The notes below the pieces were generated by a model. That model saw only the letters and a program-made list of their open reading frames with translations. It made no database searches and was not told the origin of the DNA. DNA of 64,000 bases, the filler included, from Globobulimina sp. (taxonomy: Eukaryota), in the NCBI GenBank assembly GCA_003354225.1. It is 10 parts of 10 records of this genome, joined end to end, with 100 filler letters (N's around TTAATTAATTAA, not from the genome) between each part and the next. Parts side by side here need not be neighbours in the genome. Positions count along the whole stretch, not along the records: positions 6,467 to 12,830 come from PIVH01000302.1; positions 12,931 to 19,294 come from PIVH01000303.1; positions 19,395 to 25,755 come from PIVH01000304.1; 7 more parts are not named here. One strand, written 5' to 3'. Below, one piece after another: positions 8,651 through 19,740 of this stretch. A program made the position numbers and the translations under genes. The stretch's first letter is position 1. Every line of letters begins with the position of its first letter.

Positions 8651-11365
8651 ATGGCAACGACCGAACATAGTGAAGAAAAGCACGAAGTAACAGTTTGTTC
8701 ACAATATAGAAAAGAATATGTTTATAATAAGAAAAATAAAGACAGCAATGATGATGTTGAGTTAGAGATAAAATCAGAGACTGAATATATGGAAGATGAT
8801 GAACATCAGGCAACGATGGAAAAATTATATCACCCAACAAGTCAAAAACAAGTAAACCATAATCATAGTGATAGTGATAGTAATGTGGATAAGTCGATAT
8901 CTGCGCAGTTGTTTAGTACAAATAAGAATGTCTCCCTTGAGTATGGGGTGAGACCACATATAATTGACAATGGAACAGAAATATCATTCAATGTTCAAGA
9001 CAAACAACAACAACAACAACAAACAGCGCACCAACAACAACAAGAAGAAGAAGAAGAAGAAGTTGATACTTCATCTGATAAGTTTGCGGCTGGATTTATT
9101 AATGATGATATCACAAACATTACAAATACGCGTTCCATTACTTCACGAAATGATATTAATTATAAAACAAATACAAATACTCATACAAATATTGATGACG
9201 ATACAACAAATATTACAAATATCACAAATCTAACCAATACAGACGATGATTTTGCCACAATTAATCATAATCAGAGTAATAGTCATAGTTATAAAACAAA
9301 ATCAAAATCAAAGTCAAAATCAAAAAAAAAGAAAAACTCAAAGAAAAAGAAAAAAGCAAAAAAACCGAAGAAAAATAGCATTAAAGATACTGCAGATACA
9401 AAATCAATAAAATCTATACGAATATGGCCAACAAATAGTGATAACAGCGGTGAGTATACAACAACGACAACGCACACAAAACTATTAATTGATCATTGGA
9501 GAGGCAAATCTGTTCAAGTTAACACTGATTATATTTCAAGGCCGGTACCAGTCATTACAAGGACTAACAATGAACCACGATATTTATCCATTTCTCTATC
9601 GCAATCTACGCGATCCACACAATCCCAATCACAGCAGACGCCGCCCAATGACATGAAGCAAATGCAAATCAATGACATTAACCATCGCTTATTGCATATC
9701 CCACAGCCACGCGCTTCAAAAATCGAAAAACTTGAATTTGCCACATTTAACGCAAAAACAATCAAAAAAACAAAGCAAGAAAAAGCACAAATACCAGAGA
9801 GAGGAAGCAGAGGATCAAGAAAATTGGGCCATAAACACAAAAAACATAAACATCGGACAAAAACAAAGCATTTACATCTAACCAGAGCCTATTCACATAA
9901 TCCACCAATACATAATTATAACCATTATGCGCCTTCGCCTTCAGCTGCAGCTCCAGCTCCACCTTCACCGCCACCTCCACCTCAACAGCCGCATAGGTCT
10001 CGCACTCGCACTAAGCACAGAAATAACAAACATAAACATAAACATCGACAGAAACATAAACAGAAACATCTAAATGAGAATATCTGTTTAGATGCCGTAA
10101 TTAATCATTTTTGGCGGGTAATTGATATCGCATCGACCAGAAAAATACCATTTGAAATTTTAAAAATATCCTTGCGAGTCAAATCTATTGATATTAAAGA
10201 AAATAATTGGGATATTTTATTAAATCAATTAACAAATTTTCAACCCTCAAAAAGCATCACGTTGACTATGTTTAAAGATTTTATATTCAATAAAAAAAAC
10301 TATAATAATTCACATATTGTTAAATCATTACGGAAACATTTAATCATTGGACTGCTACAAACGCATAGAACACCAAAACAAAAACAAAAACAAAAACACT
10401 CAAAAAGGAAACATCAACGCAGTTTTTCGGGCGATACTACCTCTATTAATATAACACCATCATCCTCATCATCATCATGTACTTCATCATCAACAACATC
10501 AACATCATATTCCTCCTCATCTTCATCATCTTCCTCAGGTATAGCAAATGAGAAATATTTGGTACAACAAAGTCTAATTAATTCATTATTAGAATGTTAT
10601 GAGAATTCATTATTATATAAGTTAAATAAATTACGTTTTAACTCATATTTACATGATAATGAATGGCGAAAAGCATTAAAATATCTGTTACGGTGTCATT
10701 TTTCATATATATCGGATAATGAAAATGTTTTCACTTTGCAACAATTTAAATTTGCATTATTTGATCAATGTAATATTCGATATTCGTATTCGTATAAAAT
10801 ATTACCGATTTTAAGACTAAATACTGATGATTGCAAACAAGAATATGTTATTACTCAACATTCGTATATTGAGTGGATGTTAAAATATATTGATGAAAGA
10901 ATTAATTTTCGACATAATCAATTACAGTCTTTTAAGCATACCCAAATAGGCAAATTATTAAATATTATTGGATTTGTTACTAGAAAAAGAAAAAAATATA
11001 ATCCATTTTTTGCAGTGTCACAGTCACCGCAATCACCACATTCACGTGATATTAAATTAAAATTATTAAAAGCAAAAAGTATGAATGCAATGAATTATTA
11101 CAATCATTCGCATTCACATTCAGCTACTACGGATAGTACGGCTACCACCAATAATACAAATAACACAAATAATACAAATACAAATACAGACTCAACAATG
11201 GATCACATTTATATACGAAGACCCTACAAAAAGAAAAAGAAATATCTGGCGGTTGGTGATGACTATCACAATTTGAGTAAATCTCATAATACACAACAAT
11301 CACAACACAGATATCACCAAAATAATGTAACACCGAGTCATAAATATATGTATCAATATAAATGA
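8651..11365 (+). CDS. Low-complexity hypothetical protein (poly-Q/E/K/S/H tracts)
   Basis: 904-aa uninterrupted ORF; two ordered segments with faint EF-hand-like character; no confident family. Confidence 0.7.
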   Translation: MATTEHSEEKHEVTVCSQYRKEYVYNKKNKDSNDDVELEIKSETEYMEDDEHQATMEKLYHPTSQKQVNHNHSDSDSNVDKSISAQLFSTNKNVSLEYGVRPHIIDNGTEISFNVQDKQQQQQQTAHQQQQEEEEEEVDTSSDKFAAGFINDDITNITNTRSITSRNDINYKTNTNTHTNIDDDTTNITNITNLTNTDDDFATINHNQSNSHSYKTKSKSKSKSKKKKNSKKKKKAKKPKKNSIKDTADTKSIKSIRIWPTNSDNSGEYTTTTTHTKLLIDHWRGKSVQVNTDYISRPVPVITRTNNEPRYLSISLSQSTRSTQSQSQQTPPNDMKQMQINDINHRLLHIPQPRASKIEKLEFATFNAKTIKKTKQEKAQIPERGSRGSRKLGHKHKKHKHRTKTKHLHLTRAYSHNPPIHNYNHYAPSPSAAAPAPPSPPPPPQQPHRSRTRTKHRNNKHKHKHRQKHKQKHLNENICLDAVINHFWRVIDIASTRKIPFEILKISLRVKSIDIKENNWDILLNQLTNFQPSKSITLTMFKDFIFNKKNYNNSHIVKSLRKHLIIGLLQTHRTPKQKQKQKHSKRKHQRSFSGDTTSINITPSSSSSSCTSSSTTSTSYSSSSSSSSSGIANEKYLVQQSLINSLLECYENSLLYKLNKLRFNSYLHDNEWRKALKYLLRCHFSYISDNENVFTLQQFKFALFDQCNIRYSYSYKILPILRLNTDDCKQEYVITQHSYIEWMLKYIDERINFRHNQLQSFKHTQIGKLLNIIGFVTRKRKKYNPFFAVSQSPQSPHSRDIKLKLLKAKSMNAMNYYNHSHSHSATTDSTATTNNTNNTNNTNTNTDSTMDHIYIRRPYKKKKKYLAVGDDYHNLSKSHNTQQSQHRYHQNNVTPSHKYMYQYK

Positions 11366-11751
11366 ATGAATGAATGAATTTTTGTTATTTTCTTTTTGTG
11401 GATTGTTGTGTTGTATATAATATATTTTTGAAATCGAATGTTTGTTTATAGATTTTTCTTCCTTTCACCATTTTTTTCACCCATTTTTTTTACCATTTTT
11501 CAACCTTTTTTTTTGTGTTTTTTTATTAGTGTATTGTTAATATGTAATTTCGAAATATATATTTTTTATTTTGTTTTCTGTTTTTTTGAACATTTTTTTT
11601 TTCTGTTTGTATTATGTTGTAAAGCATTGAATTGTGAGTGCATATCCAGTGTAATTGTTTTTTTTCTCTCTAATATTCGGTTTTGTTGTTTTTGTTTTTG
11701 TGCTGCTCTCAATTAAACCACAATTCGTTGTATTTACATATGATTTATCTG

Positions 11752-11799
11752 TCTAATTTATGATATTACGTTTTTCTAATTTATGATATTACGTTTTTT
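11752..11799. repeat. 24-bp tandem duplication (TCTAATTTATGATATTACGTTTTT-like, x2)
   Basis: Read directly from the sequence. Confidence 0.85.
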
Positions 11800-12304
11800 G
11801 AAAGGGGTTAAATGATCTTTAAATTGCCTGGGTAATTCAACTATCTTGTCCCATTACTACCCTTACCACGTTTATTTGCAGCAAATCTCAAACGCATAGT
11901 CGACTTATTACATATTTTTTTTCACTTGCAAAAACCTCTTGTTTTGTATTTATTTTGAACAATGTGTGCGTTCTAGTTAGTAGTTGGTGCGTGTTAACAA
12001 ACATTCGTCTTGAATGTGTGTGTGTTATATATTGTCCTCGTGTGTGAGTCAATTGTTTCTTGTGTGCGGTTCATTTGTTGCTGATGTGTGTGTCACTATT
12101 TTCTTGTGTGTGCGCGTTTTATTTTTATCAGTAAATTGTTTCTTTCTTATTATAGGTTTGTTTTTCATAAATATCATTTGTTTTTTTATGGCTACGATTT
12201 GGCGCAAAATTAGTTGCTTGTTTGGTGTTTCTGTGGCTTGGATTACCACCAAAATTTATCATTTTCAATAGCATTTTTGTGTTGTGTTATGTGATGGATT
12301 GCAA

Positions 12305-12410
12305 TACAGGGGTGTTCCCGATAAGATAATATATGATCCCTTGACAGGTCCACCATTTATTTAATATATGACTGGATCATATATGTATATCTTATCTGGT
12401 ATACCCTATG
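12305..12410. mobile_element. MITE-like element with imperfect terminal inverted repeats (Tc1/mariner-like end TACAGGGGTG)
   Basis: Left CAGGGGTGTTCCCGATAAGATAATATATGATCC versus reverse complement of the right end TAGGGTATACCAGATAAGATATACATATATGATCC. Confidence 0.55.
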
Positions 12411-12545
12411 CAAAAGAGCATCATATTTCACCACGAATTTTCACTCTTCAATAAAACTATTCATCCATCCCTAATCCATTTGTGGAGCTATGCATGGAAT
12501 AGTTCATATAAATGACATATAAATGGATGTGTTTTATAAATATGT

Positions 12546-12744
12546 CAGCGTAGATTGCACTTTTGAGTCAATTATATAAAGTAAAACCATATAAATGCTA
12601 TATAAATGATCAAAACATTTTGTCAAATTTGTAGTTTGTCAAAATGTTATTTCATATAAATCACTATAGAAATAAAATTTTGCCATTTACATGCTATTTA
12701 TATTTTATACAACATATAATTGACTCAAAAGTGCAAATATGCTG
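12546..12744. repeat. Inverted-repeat pair bounding about 200 bp (MITE-like)
   Basis: TTGCACTTTTGAGTCAATTATAT (12555-12577) is the exact reverse complement of 12714-12736; the match extends outward imperfectly. Confidence 0.8.
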
Positions 12745-12828
12745 AAATTCCAGCACTTGGATATTCACGAAAAGTACTTTTCGAGTTTTCGTGAAATTTT
12801 CGTGAATATCCAAGTGCTGGAATTTCAG
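12742..12828. repeat. Perfect 32-bp inverted repeat with 23-nt spacer (hairpin) at the contig end
   Basis: CTGAAATTCCAGCACTTGGATATTCACGAAAA (12742-12773) / TTTTCGTGAATATCCAAGTGCTGGAATTTCAG (12797-12828). Confidence 0.9.
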
Positions 12829-13255
12829 AANNNNNNNNNNNNNNNNNNNNNNNNNNNNNNNNNNNNNNNNNNNNTTAATTAATTAANNNNNNNNNNNNNN
12901 NNNNNNNNNNNNNNNNNNNNNNNNNNNNNNATAAATAATGAAACAATTTGTATTTTGTTTTTTCTAATTACTCATGGAATTGTTTCTTATTTCTTCTCTT
13001 TTTTTTTTCTTATTTTATATTTTTTTTCTTATTTTGTATTGAATTATTAATTTTTTTTTCTTATTAATTATTGCATTGCTTCTTAGCTTAAATTTATTAC
13101 ATTTACTTATTTTGATATGATATTAAACGAATAGGTGTTTGCGATGAGATCGTCCAGCAACGGTTTCAAGTACACCAAAAAAACTTTAGTGTAGTTGACG
13201 GATCTGAGCAAGAACAACGTTTTCTAGATCTGAAGGTTAACTGCAAAACTGAGCC

Positions 13256-14554
13256 ATGTCAACGCAGACAGCAACTAGTCAAATGGATGTAGATTCACCT
13301 CGTGATTGGCAGTCTGAATTTCAACATCATTACCACACCTTTGAAAATTTAATAGTTTTATTGGAAGAATTTGTTGAAAACATGGATCAAAACAATAACG
13401 AAGATCATAAATTATTGTATCGTATGGCAACGCGGATCATAATGGATTTGGGTGTCGATTTTGAACATTTAAGTGAAATGGTTATTGTATTTTGGATACT
13501 TTCTAATGCTGAAAAGCAAACACTTCTCATCGATAAAATTGATGCATTTTACACCAAAATTATAAACTTATGCAGTTCATTACAAACACACTATGTTCGA
13601 ACACCAAAATTATCATTGATCGAAATGAATGAATTTTTGCAAATCGAGAGATGTAAATTTTCGGTGAATGAGAATTTATCCAAAACGTATGCGGTGAAAT
13701 TAAAATTAAATGAATCATTAAAAACAATTGAATCAACATTAAATTTAGCAAAGAAATACAATAAAACAGTTGAAATATTTAACAATAAAATGGATATTGA
13801 TAATAACGAGATCGATACTGGTTTTTTACAGAAATTGCCATTGAAAAATATCTCAAAACTGTACAGTTTTGAGTCAAAAATACATTTAAGAAGAAATAAT
13901 TTTGAATCCGCATTACAATCAATTAACGCAGCCATTGATGAAAATTTTAATTTTTATAATTTGCAGTACAAAAACGGTATTGGTCTCACTAAGTTTAGTA
14001 ATAAAGCAGAATTACTTGAATTTATCGAAAAAGAATGTTTTGAATACTATATTGAGCGTGGTTTGGCATATTCAAACTTAGGAAATCATCTACGAGCTTT
14101 TGACAATGATTATAAAGCAACAAAAATCAATCCCTCATCCATTGAAGCATGGAATAACAGAGCTTTCTCGCAATATGAACTTGGAAAATATGAAGAATGT
14201 ATCAATGATTGCAATTTTGCGATAAATAGCTTAAATCCATATGAATTCGACAGAGGTTTGTTAATTGGAAATCGGGGTTTGGCGGAGTATAAATTAAAAC
14301 TATTTACGCAGGCAATAAATGATTTGAATCAATGTATATTGTTATGTCCACAGAGTAGAATCGCGAGGGAGACATTAAAAAAGATCTGGGATGAAATTGT
14401 CGAATCAATACATGTTTCAGCAAACTTATTAGGCAATGTACCCTTTGGCGTTGCAATTATTATTGCAAATTATGGGGTGGGCATTGATTTTAATATTTTA
14501 GATTCGTGTAATAAAGACAGTAATATTGTGTACCACGACATCAATGACTTTTAA
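13256..14554 (+). CDS. Tetratricopeptide-repeat protein
   Basis: TPR consensus repeats YIERGLAYSNLGNHLRA, AWNNRAFSQYELGKYEECINDC, GNRGLAEYKLKLFTQAINDLNQCILLCP. Confidence 0.88.
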   Translation: MSTQTATSQMDVDSPRDWQSEFQHHYHTFENLIVLLEEFVENMDQNNNEDHKLLYRMATRIIMDLGVDFEHLSEMVIVFWILSNAEKQTLLIDKIDAFYTKIINLCSSLQTHYVRTPKLSLIEMNEFLQIERCKFSVNENLSKTYAVKLKLNESLKTIESTLNLAKKYNKTVEIFNNKMDIDNNEIDTGFLQKLPLKNISKLYSFESKIHLRRNNFESALQSINAAIDENFNFYNLQYKNGIGLTKFSNKAELLEFIEKECFEYYIERGLAYSNLGNHLRAFDNDYKATKINPSSIEAWNNRAFSQYELGKYEECINDCNFAINSLNPYEFDRGLLIGNRGLAEYKLKLFTQAINDLNQCILLCPQSRIARETLKKIWDEIVESIHVSANLLGNVPFGVAIIIANYGVGIDFNILDSCNKDSNIVYHDINDF

Positions 14555-14664
14555 CTTAAATTTGCTAACTATTTTTCAATATTTGTACGTAGCAACGAAT
14601 TCAAATAAGGTCACAACTCCGAAGTTGTGTGACAAAAATTAATTCACGCGATACAAAGTAATGT

Positions 14665-15489
14665 TTATTGTTGAGCATCTTTAATCATTTTATGTGAAGA
14701 TTGAAAAAATGCATTTTCATCAAAGATTTGCTTGCGATCACCACATTTAACACAAAAGATACCAGAATCAACATCTTTACATTCTATTTTGGCTGATCTG
14801 TTATCAGAAGAGGATGAGGATGATGATGTAGTGCGGTTATATTTACCTCCAATAAATCCGAAACCGACTTTAGCTGAATATATTAGCACGTATATACACA
14901 TAACATTTGCTATCACATAACATGTAATCATACCGCTGGTGTCACTGTTGCTTGATTGTTGGTGGGATTTCTTTCTTTCAAATGAGTGTGACATCTGACC
15001 TGATTTTGAGACTGTATATTGATGTCCATGTTTGCTGCAATAATCATTATTCATATCCATATTCATATGTTGTTGTTGTGGTGGTTTGTTATGTTGATGT
15101 CTAACGTTTGTTTCTTGAGTATATTTATATTGATCTTTGACATATGTCCTTTTATTTGAATAACTTTTACGATGCACTGGTGAATAACTAGCAGTCTCCT
15201 CTCGTTTTGCATTGCAATGTTCACAATAATGTCGCATTAATGGATGATTCGAAAATTTGCAATTTGAACATTTCCAATTACGATTACCATGTCCATTGCC
15301 ATTATGTTGGGCGAAGCGTTGATGTTCATAAGTTACTGTTGCTTGGAAATGCGAATTTCTTCCTCCTAATAAATGTCTGGTTTTTGCTTCATTATAACCA
15401 CAATCTTTGTAAACATCAGCAACCACTGCTCTATCATAACTAGGAAATGCTAAATATAGCCTGTAAAGTGGATTGCTTCTTGCTGCCAT
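14665..15489 (-). CDS. CUE-like plus RanBP2-type zinc-finger protein; probable 60-nt intron 14933-14874
   Basis: N-terminal LYLAFPSYDRAVVADVYKDCGYNEAKTRHLL (CUE-like); WKCSNCKFSNHPLMRHYCEHC; GTATGA...TTCAG in-frame intron; C-terminal CVKCG. Confidence 0.7.
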   Translation of the reverse strand: MAARSNPLYRLYLAFPSYDRAVVADVYKDCGYNEAKTRHLLGGRNSHFQATVTYEHQRFAQHNGNGHGNRNWKCSNCKFSNHPLMRHYCEHCNAKREETASYSPVHRKSYSNKRTYVKDQYKYTQETNVRHQHNKPPQQQHMNMDMNNDYCSKHGHQYTVSKSGQMSHSFERKKSHQQSSNSDTSGMITCYVIANVMCIYVLIYSAKVGFGFIGGKYNRTTSSSSSSSDNRSAKIECKDVDSGIFCVKCGDRKQIFDENAFFQSSHKMIKDAQQ

Positions 15490-15542
15490 GTTGAAAAATG
15501 TGAGTTGTTATTTTTAACTTTCAACCTCATCTCAACTCAGTC

Positions 15543-16351
15543 ATGTCACACAAGAATATTAATTGGATCTGCTCTGAATGCCAGTATTCAAACCATCCGT
15601 GTTTACCGTATTGTGAAAAATGTGAAACAGATTTGGAACAAAAAACGTATAACACAGAAGTCAAAAACACAGAAGTGACAAATTATAATTATAATGGCTG
15701 GAACTGTTATCGTTGTCATTTTAGAAATCATTCAGCATTGCGACGCTGTGAAATGTGTTCATCATCAAATAATATGCAAATGATGAAAATTGAACAATTA
15801 ATGGAAAGGAAATTAGCTACTTTCCATGATGAATTTGAAAAAAAATTATCAGCAGCCCCAGCAAATTGTGTTTTAGAAATTAAAGTAAAATATGTTTAGT
15901 TTCTATCAAAAATTGAATTATTATTAATGTTTTTAGCCTAATTCAAGATGGAATTGTTGGACATGCGGCTGTAGAAAATCAGTACAAATATTTAAAATGG
16001 GTGAATTGGGAGTGACTTTAAAAAGAGATGAATATAAAAAACAGGTAATTGTGGAGAGAACACAGAAAAAAAAGAAAGTATTGTTTTTTACAGTTAGCTC
16101 TTCAGATGAAACACATACGAAAATTATTGAGAGTCATCGTTGGAAAGATGCTGAATTAACAATATATAATTTACCAGTTAAACAAATTTAAATTAATCTC
16201 TATTCCAATCATGATCAAATCGATTAATTTTAATTATATAAAATTAATGTTTTTATAGATTGCCATCGGATGTATGAAATGTGGTTATCTTATGAAATTT
16301 GCACACGGTCAAAAGGTCACTGAATTGTTGGTTAACTATATGCTCAAATAA
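15543..16351 (+). CDS. Double RanBP2-type zinc-finger protein; exons 15543-15884, 15937-16176, 16259-16351
   Basis: WICSECQYSNHPCLPYCEKC and WNCYRCHFRNHSALRRCEMC; two phase-0 GT-AG introns join the ORFs in frame; last exon encodes IGCMKCG. Confidence 0.75.
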
Positions 16352-16364
16352 AATTAAAGTCAAT

Positions 16365-17656
16365 AACAAATAAAAGACTCACACAAAATACAAATAAAAC
16401 CAATAAATGACAACAAAATAGTAACATAAATTTACAAAAACGAAGGACCATTATCAACTTTACGCTTTGTAATCATATAAGCTGTGTTTCTAAGAAGAAT
16501 ACAACTTATCTCCGATGATATAATATTTATAATGATATTTGAATTGATATTAAATTTTGATCCATATTGCTTAGCAATTCGCTTAACAAATAACTGGGCG
16601 GGTAAACTCCACCCCCCACTTCTCTCGAAAGCAATCGGTTGAAATTTCCATTGAACTGATTTAATATCCTCTTCATATTTCTTATACTTATTCCGAATAG
16701 CAATATCGGCCGAAATACCGGGAAAACGGATAGTTTCGGCCAACTGATTCAATTTATACGGTGACACTACAGTCACATCAAATGCATAATCTCTTCCTTT
16801 TAAATAATTATATAAATATAAATCCGCCGGTTTCGCACCGGAATCCAATAAACCAGGTTTCTCCTTCTCCACCAAAAATCCAGCTCGCTTCGAATAATTA
16901 ACGAGACAATCTCTAATTTTATTATGTGTATATGTAAATATACCATCCCGACTCCCACAATTAATACAATGAGCGCCATAAGCGTCCATTTCAGTATCGC
17001 AATCAACGCAATTTTTCTCGTCAACATTCCAATCAAATATTTTCCATCCATATCGTGAATATGTTGCAAATTTATATGATATAGGCGGTAATATTGTTGC
17101 TGGCCTTGTCGGTTTCGCTCGAATCCAAGCTCCAGCATTTGTTGCTTTTGCCGTTGAATGTCTACTTTTATCAATGGCTGACTCCAAATGAGATTCATAT
17201 TGAGCCAACCTATAATCTTTAATATAATCCGATAAAGTCTCCTGACTAAGTAATGAATTATTATCTAATTTTGACGGATTAATTTCATATCTCTCACAAA
17301 ATAGTTTCTTCAATGAAATAAAATCATTATAAATATGATTTGAAAATAAATCACATTCAATCTTATCACCAATTATTTGTAGAAATGGAATTGTTTGTGC
17401 ATAGGAACCCAGATAGGCCGCGAATGAAATGTCTTCAATGGTGCGAACCCCATGACCGCCTTCCTTGATACCCAAACAAAATTCCATAAATTCCAAATCG
17501 GTAAATGTCCGACCGAATATGCGTTCAAATGACTCCTTCAAAGAAAAATCAAAATCCTTTAATGCCTCAATAATAATCAATGGATGCGTTGTACGAATAA
17601 TATGGTTCAATCGACACGCATCAAAGCAATTTGATATTATGGTTCAATCGACACGC
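16365..17656 (-). mobile_element. 5'-truncated non-LTR retrotransposon with restriction-like endonuclease (CRE-like), flanked by 12-bp TSD ATTAAAGTCAAT
   Basis: ORF 16432-17610 has post-RT GGHGVR, CVDC...HCINC...HNKIRD knuckle and KPADLY...AFDVTV...KYKKY...PIAFERSGGW (RLE); identical 12-mers at 16353-16364 and 17657-17668; RT core absent. Confidence 0.88.
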
Positions 17657-17735
17657 ATTAAAGTCAATGCTCGTTGTAAACTAACTATTTTTGTAAAAAA
17701 GAAGTTTTTTTGAGTCAACAACCTGCCAAAATTAA

Positions 17736-18485
17736 ATGACGTGTATTCCTTGTATTATTTTGCCAATTTTATTCTGTATATCATTTACATGCATGTTTTT
17801 TGCAACATATTACTTGGCAGTGTATAAATACAAATTCTTTGATCACAAAACACCAACAATTTGCGGAATGGGTGCAAAAAAACCTGGTCCATACTATGCA
17901 TTTACCATCGGATTAACTATTTCTTCATTTATATTGTTACCATTGATAGTTATTCAATATCTAAAAAGAGTTGAATGCAATACGGATAATACAATGTTTA
18001 TGGTTTATAATTTAATTTCTTTAATTACTGGGATATCATCGAGTGTCTCTTTAATTGGAATGGGTTTTTTTGATTTGGATCAATATCATGCAGTACACAT
18101 TGGATTTACATCACTTTTACTGGGAAGTTCAAACATTTATATGGTGTTTAGCACATTGTGTACATCAAAAGCAACATCCAAAAATATTAATTGTTTGAAT
18201 AATGTGAAAGGTATAATTATTGTGAGGTGGTTGTTGTTATCGGTTATTATTGTATTAAATTGTGCAGTTTCTGCAGTATGGATGCATGCAATAGAACTCA
18301 GTAAGAAACACAAAGCAAATGTTGCCAATGACAACAATGATATATATAACAAGAATAATGAGGACAATGATGAAGAAATGAGAAACATTAAGTTTTTGTT
18401 GACATGTTCAGCGATTGGGGAATATGTATATTTCATTGGGTTCATTGCATTTGTTTTATTGCTGATTCCGACAGATTTGTTGTGA
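17736..18485 (+). CDS. Frag1/DRAM/Sfk1 (TMEM150-like) membrane protein
   Basis: Six TM segments, PTI..G...P motif, GMGFFD...AVH, terminal AIGEY. Confidence 0.75.
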   Translation: MTCIPCIILPILFCISFTCMFFATYYLAVYKYKFFDHKTPTICGMGAKKPGPYYAFTIGLTISSFILLPLIVIQYLKRVECNTDNTMFMVYNLISLITGISSSVSLIGMGFFDLDQYHAVHIGFTSLLLGSSNIYMVFSTLCTSKATSKNINCLNNVKGIIIVRWLLLSVIIVLNCAVSAVWMHAIELSKKHKANVANDNNDIYNKNNEDNDEEMRNIKFLLTCSAIGEYVYFIGFIAFVLLLIPTDLL

Positions 18486-18529
18486 TCAATAATGTTTAAA
18501 TAAGAAATCGTATGCAATCAACTGCTGTT

Positions 18530-19294
18530 TCATGCATCAGATCTTGTTCTTGTTGCAATTGAAGTCATTTCCGTTGTTTTATGACGAGCTGTTACTGTAT
18601 CATTTGATTGTATATTCTGAATCTTTGCAAAACCTTTTAATTTCGTTTCCACACTGTATGCATATTGTATTTGGATACAATTATGCAAACATGCACATAA
18701 TCCAAAGTATATTGCTTCACTGAATTTGAAATTTAACAATAACACCATACAATTCACAATCGCATCCAATGGAAACACAATAAGAACAATAATGTTGGTT
18801 AATATGACATAATATTCACACATTAAGTGTATTACGCCAAGAAACAGAAACGAAATAAAAACTGATTGACTGACAAATATCGATGCTATATTCAATATGG
18901 TATATTTGGTCATGGCATCAATAATTATAATGTCATTCTCGTTGAGCACAGATGAAATCTGAGGGTTGCTATTTTTGTTAAATTCTAAGCTCTCAATCAA
19001 AAGATTTTTATGTTCTGAAGTTGGGACACTTGCTTTTTCATCATCTATTTCTGTTGAATTTGTTGAACTAATTTTTGATCTTTCAATTATTGTTCTTCTT
19101 TGCTGTGTAATTAATAGAAACAATTTTTTTAAAAATAGAAACACCAAAATGATACTTATCATCATGTCCGAAAACACAAATAAACCCAAAACGATAATCA
19201 ATTGAATTTGAAATGGCTCGGTTTGAATATAAAATAAAGTATTCAACCAAATAACTGTTAATATAAACAAGATTAATAAAAATAGCATAAATCG
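18530..19294 (-). CDS. 7TM/GPCR-like membrane protein, C-terminal part (5' cut by the contig end)
   Basis: TM5-long loop-TM6-TM7 pattern with LDAIVNCMVLLLNF and Y..LC..LH..C tail. Confidence 0.55.
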   Translation of the reverse strand, partial: RFMLFLLILFILTVIWLNTLFYIQTEPFQIQLIIVLGLFVFSDMMISIILVFLFLKKLFLLITQQRRTIIERSKISSTNSTEIDDEKASVPTSEHKNLLIESLEFNKNSNPQISSVLNENDIIIIDAMTKYTILNIASIFVSQSVFISFLFLGVIHLMCEYYVILTNIIVLIVFPLDAIVNCMVLLLNFKFSEAIYFGLCACLHNCIQIQYAYSVETKLKGFAKIQNIQSNDTVTARHKTTEMTSIATRTRSDA

Positions 19295-19740
19295 NNNNNN
19301 NNNNNNNNNNNNNNNNNNNNNNNNNNNNNNNNNNNNNNTTAATTAATTAANNNNNNNNNNNNNNNNNNNNNNNNNNNNNNNNNNNNNNNNNNNNTGTGAA
19401 GCTTCTTTAATATGGGCTGATGGCAAAACCAACTGGAGCTTGAACTGAATAGTCAGTTATCACGAGATATCGACAAAATAAATAATAATTTCAATTCAAA
19501 ATCCACCAGAAAAGCATTTTTACATATTATTTTTGGTTGTTTTATATTTATTGTTTACTTTATATGGTCGTGATTGCCAAAACGAAACATGAGGTAAATG
19601 TGTATGTGTTTGTTTGTTAAATATGTATGTACGACACCTTCATTCCGAACACCTTCAATTTTAGCTAGATTCTGACTAAAGTTTTCACTGAGAATCAAAT
19701 CACTTACTGTAATCAAAGAAGGTATTCGAAGTTTTCAAAT

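Noticed and set aside
11438-12271. Phe/Cys/Val-rich short ORFs
   Set aside because: Translations of T- and TG-rich UTR or intergenic sequence.
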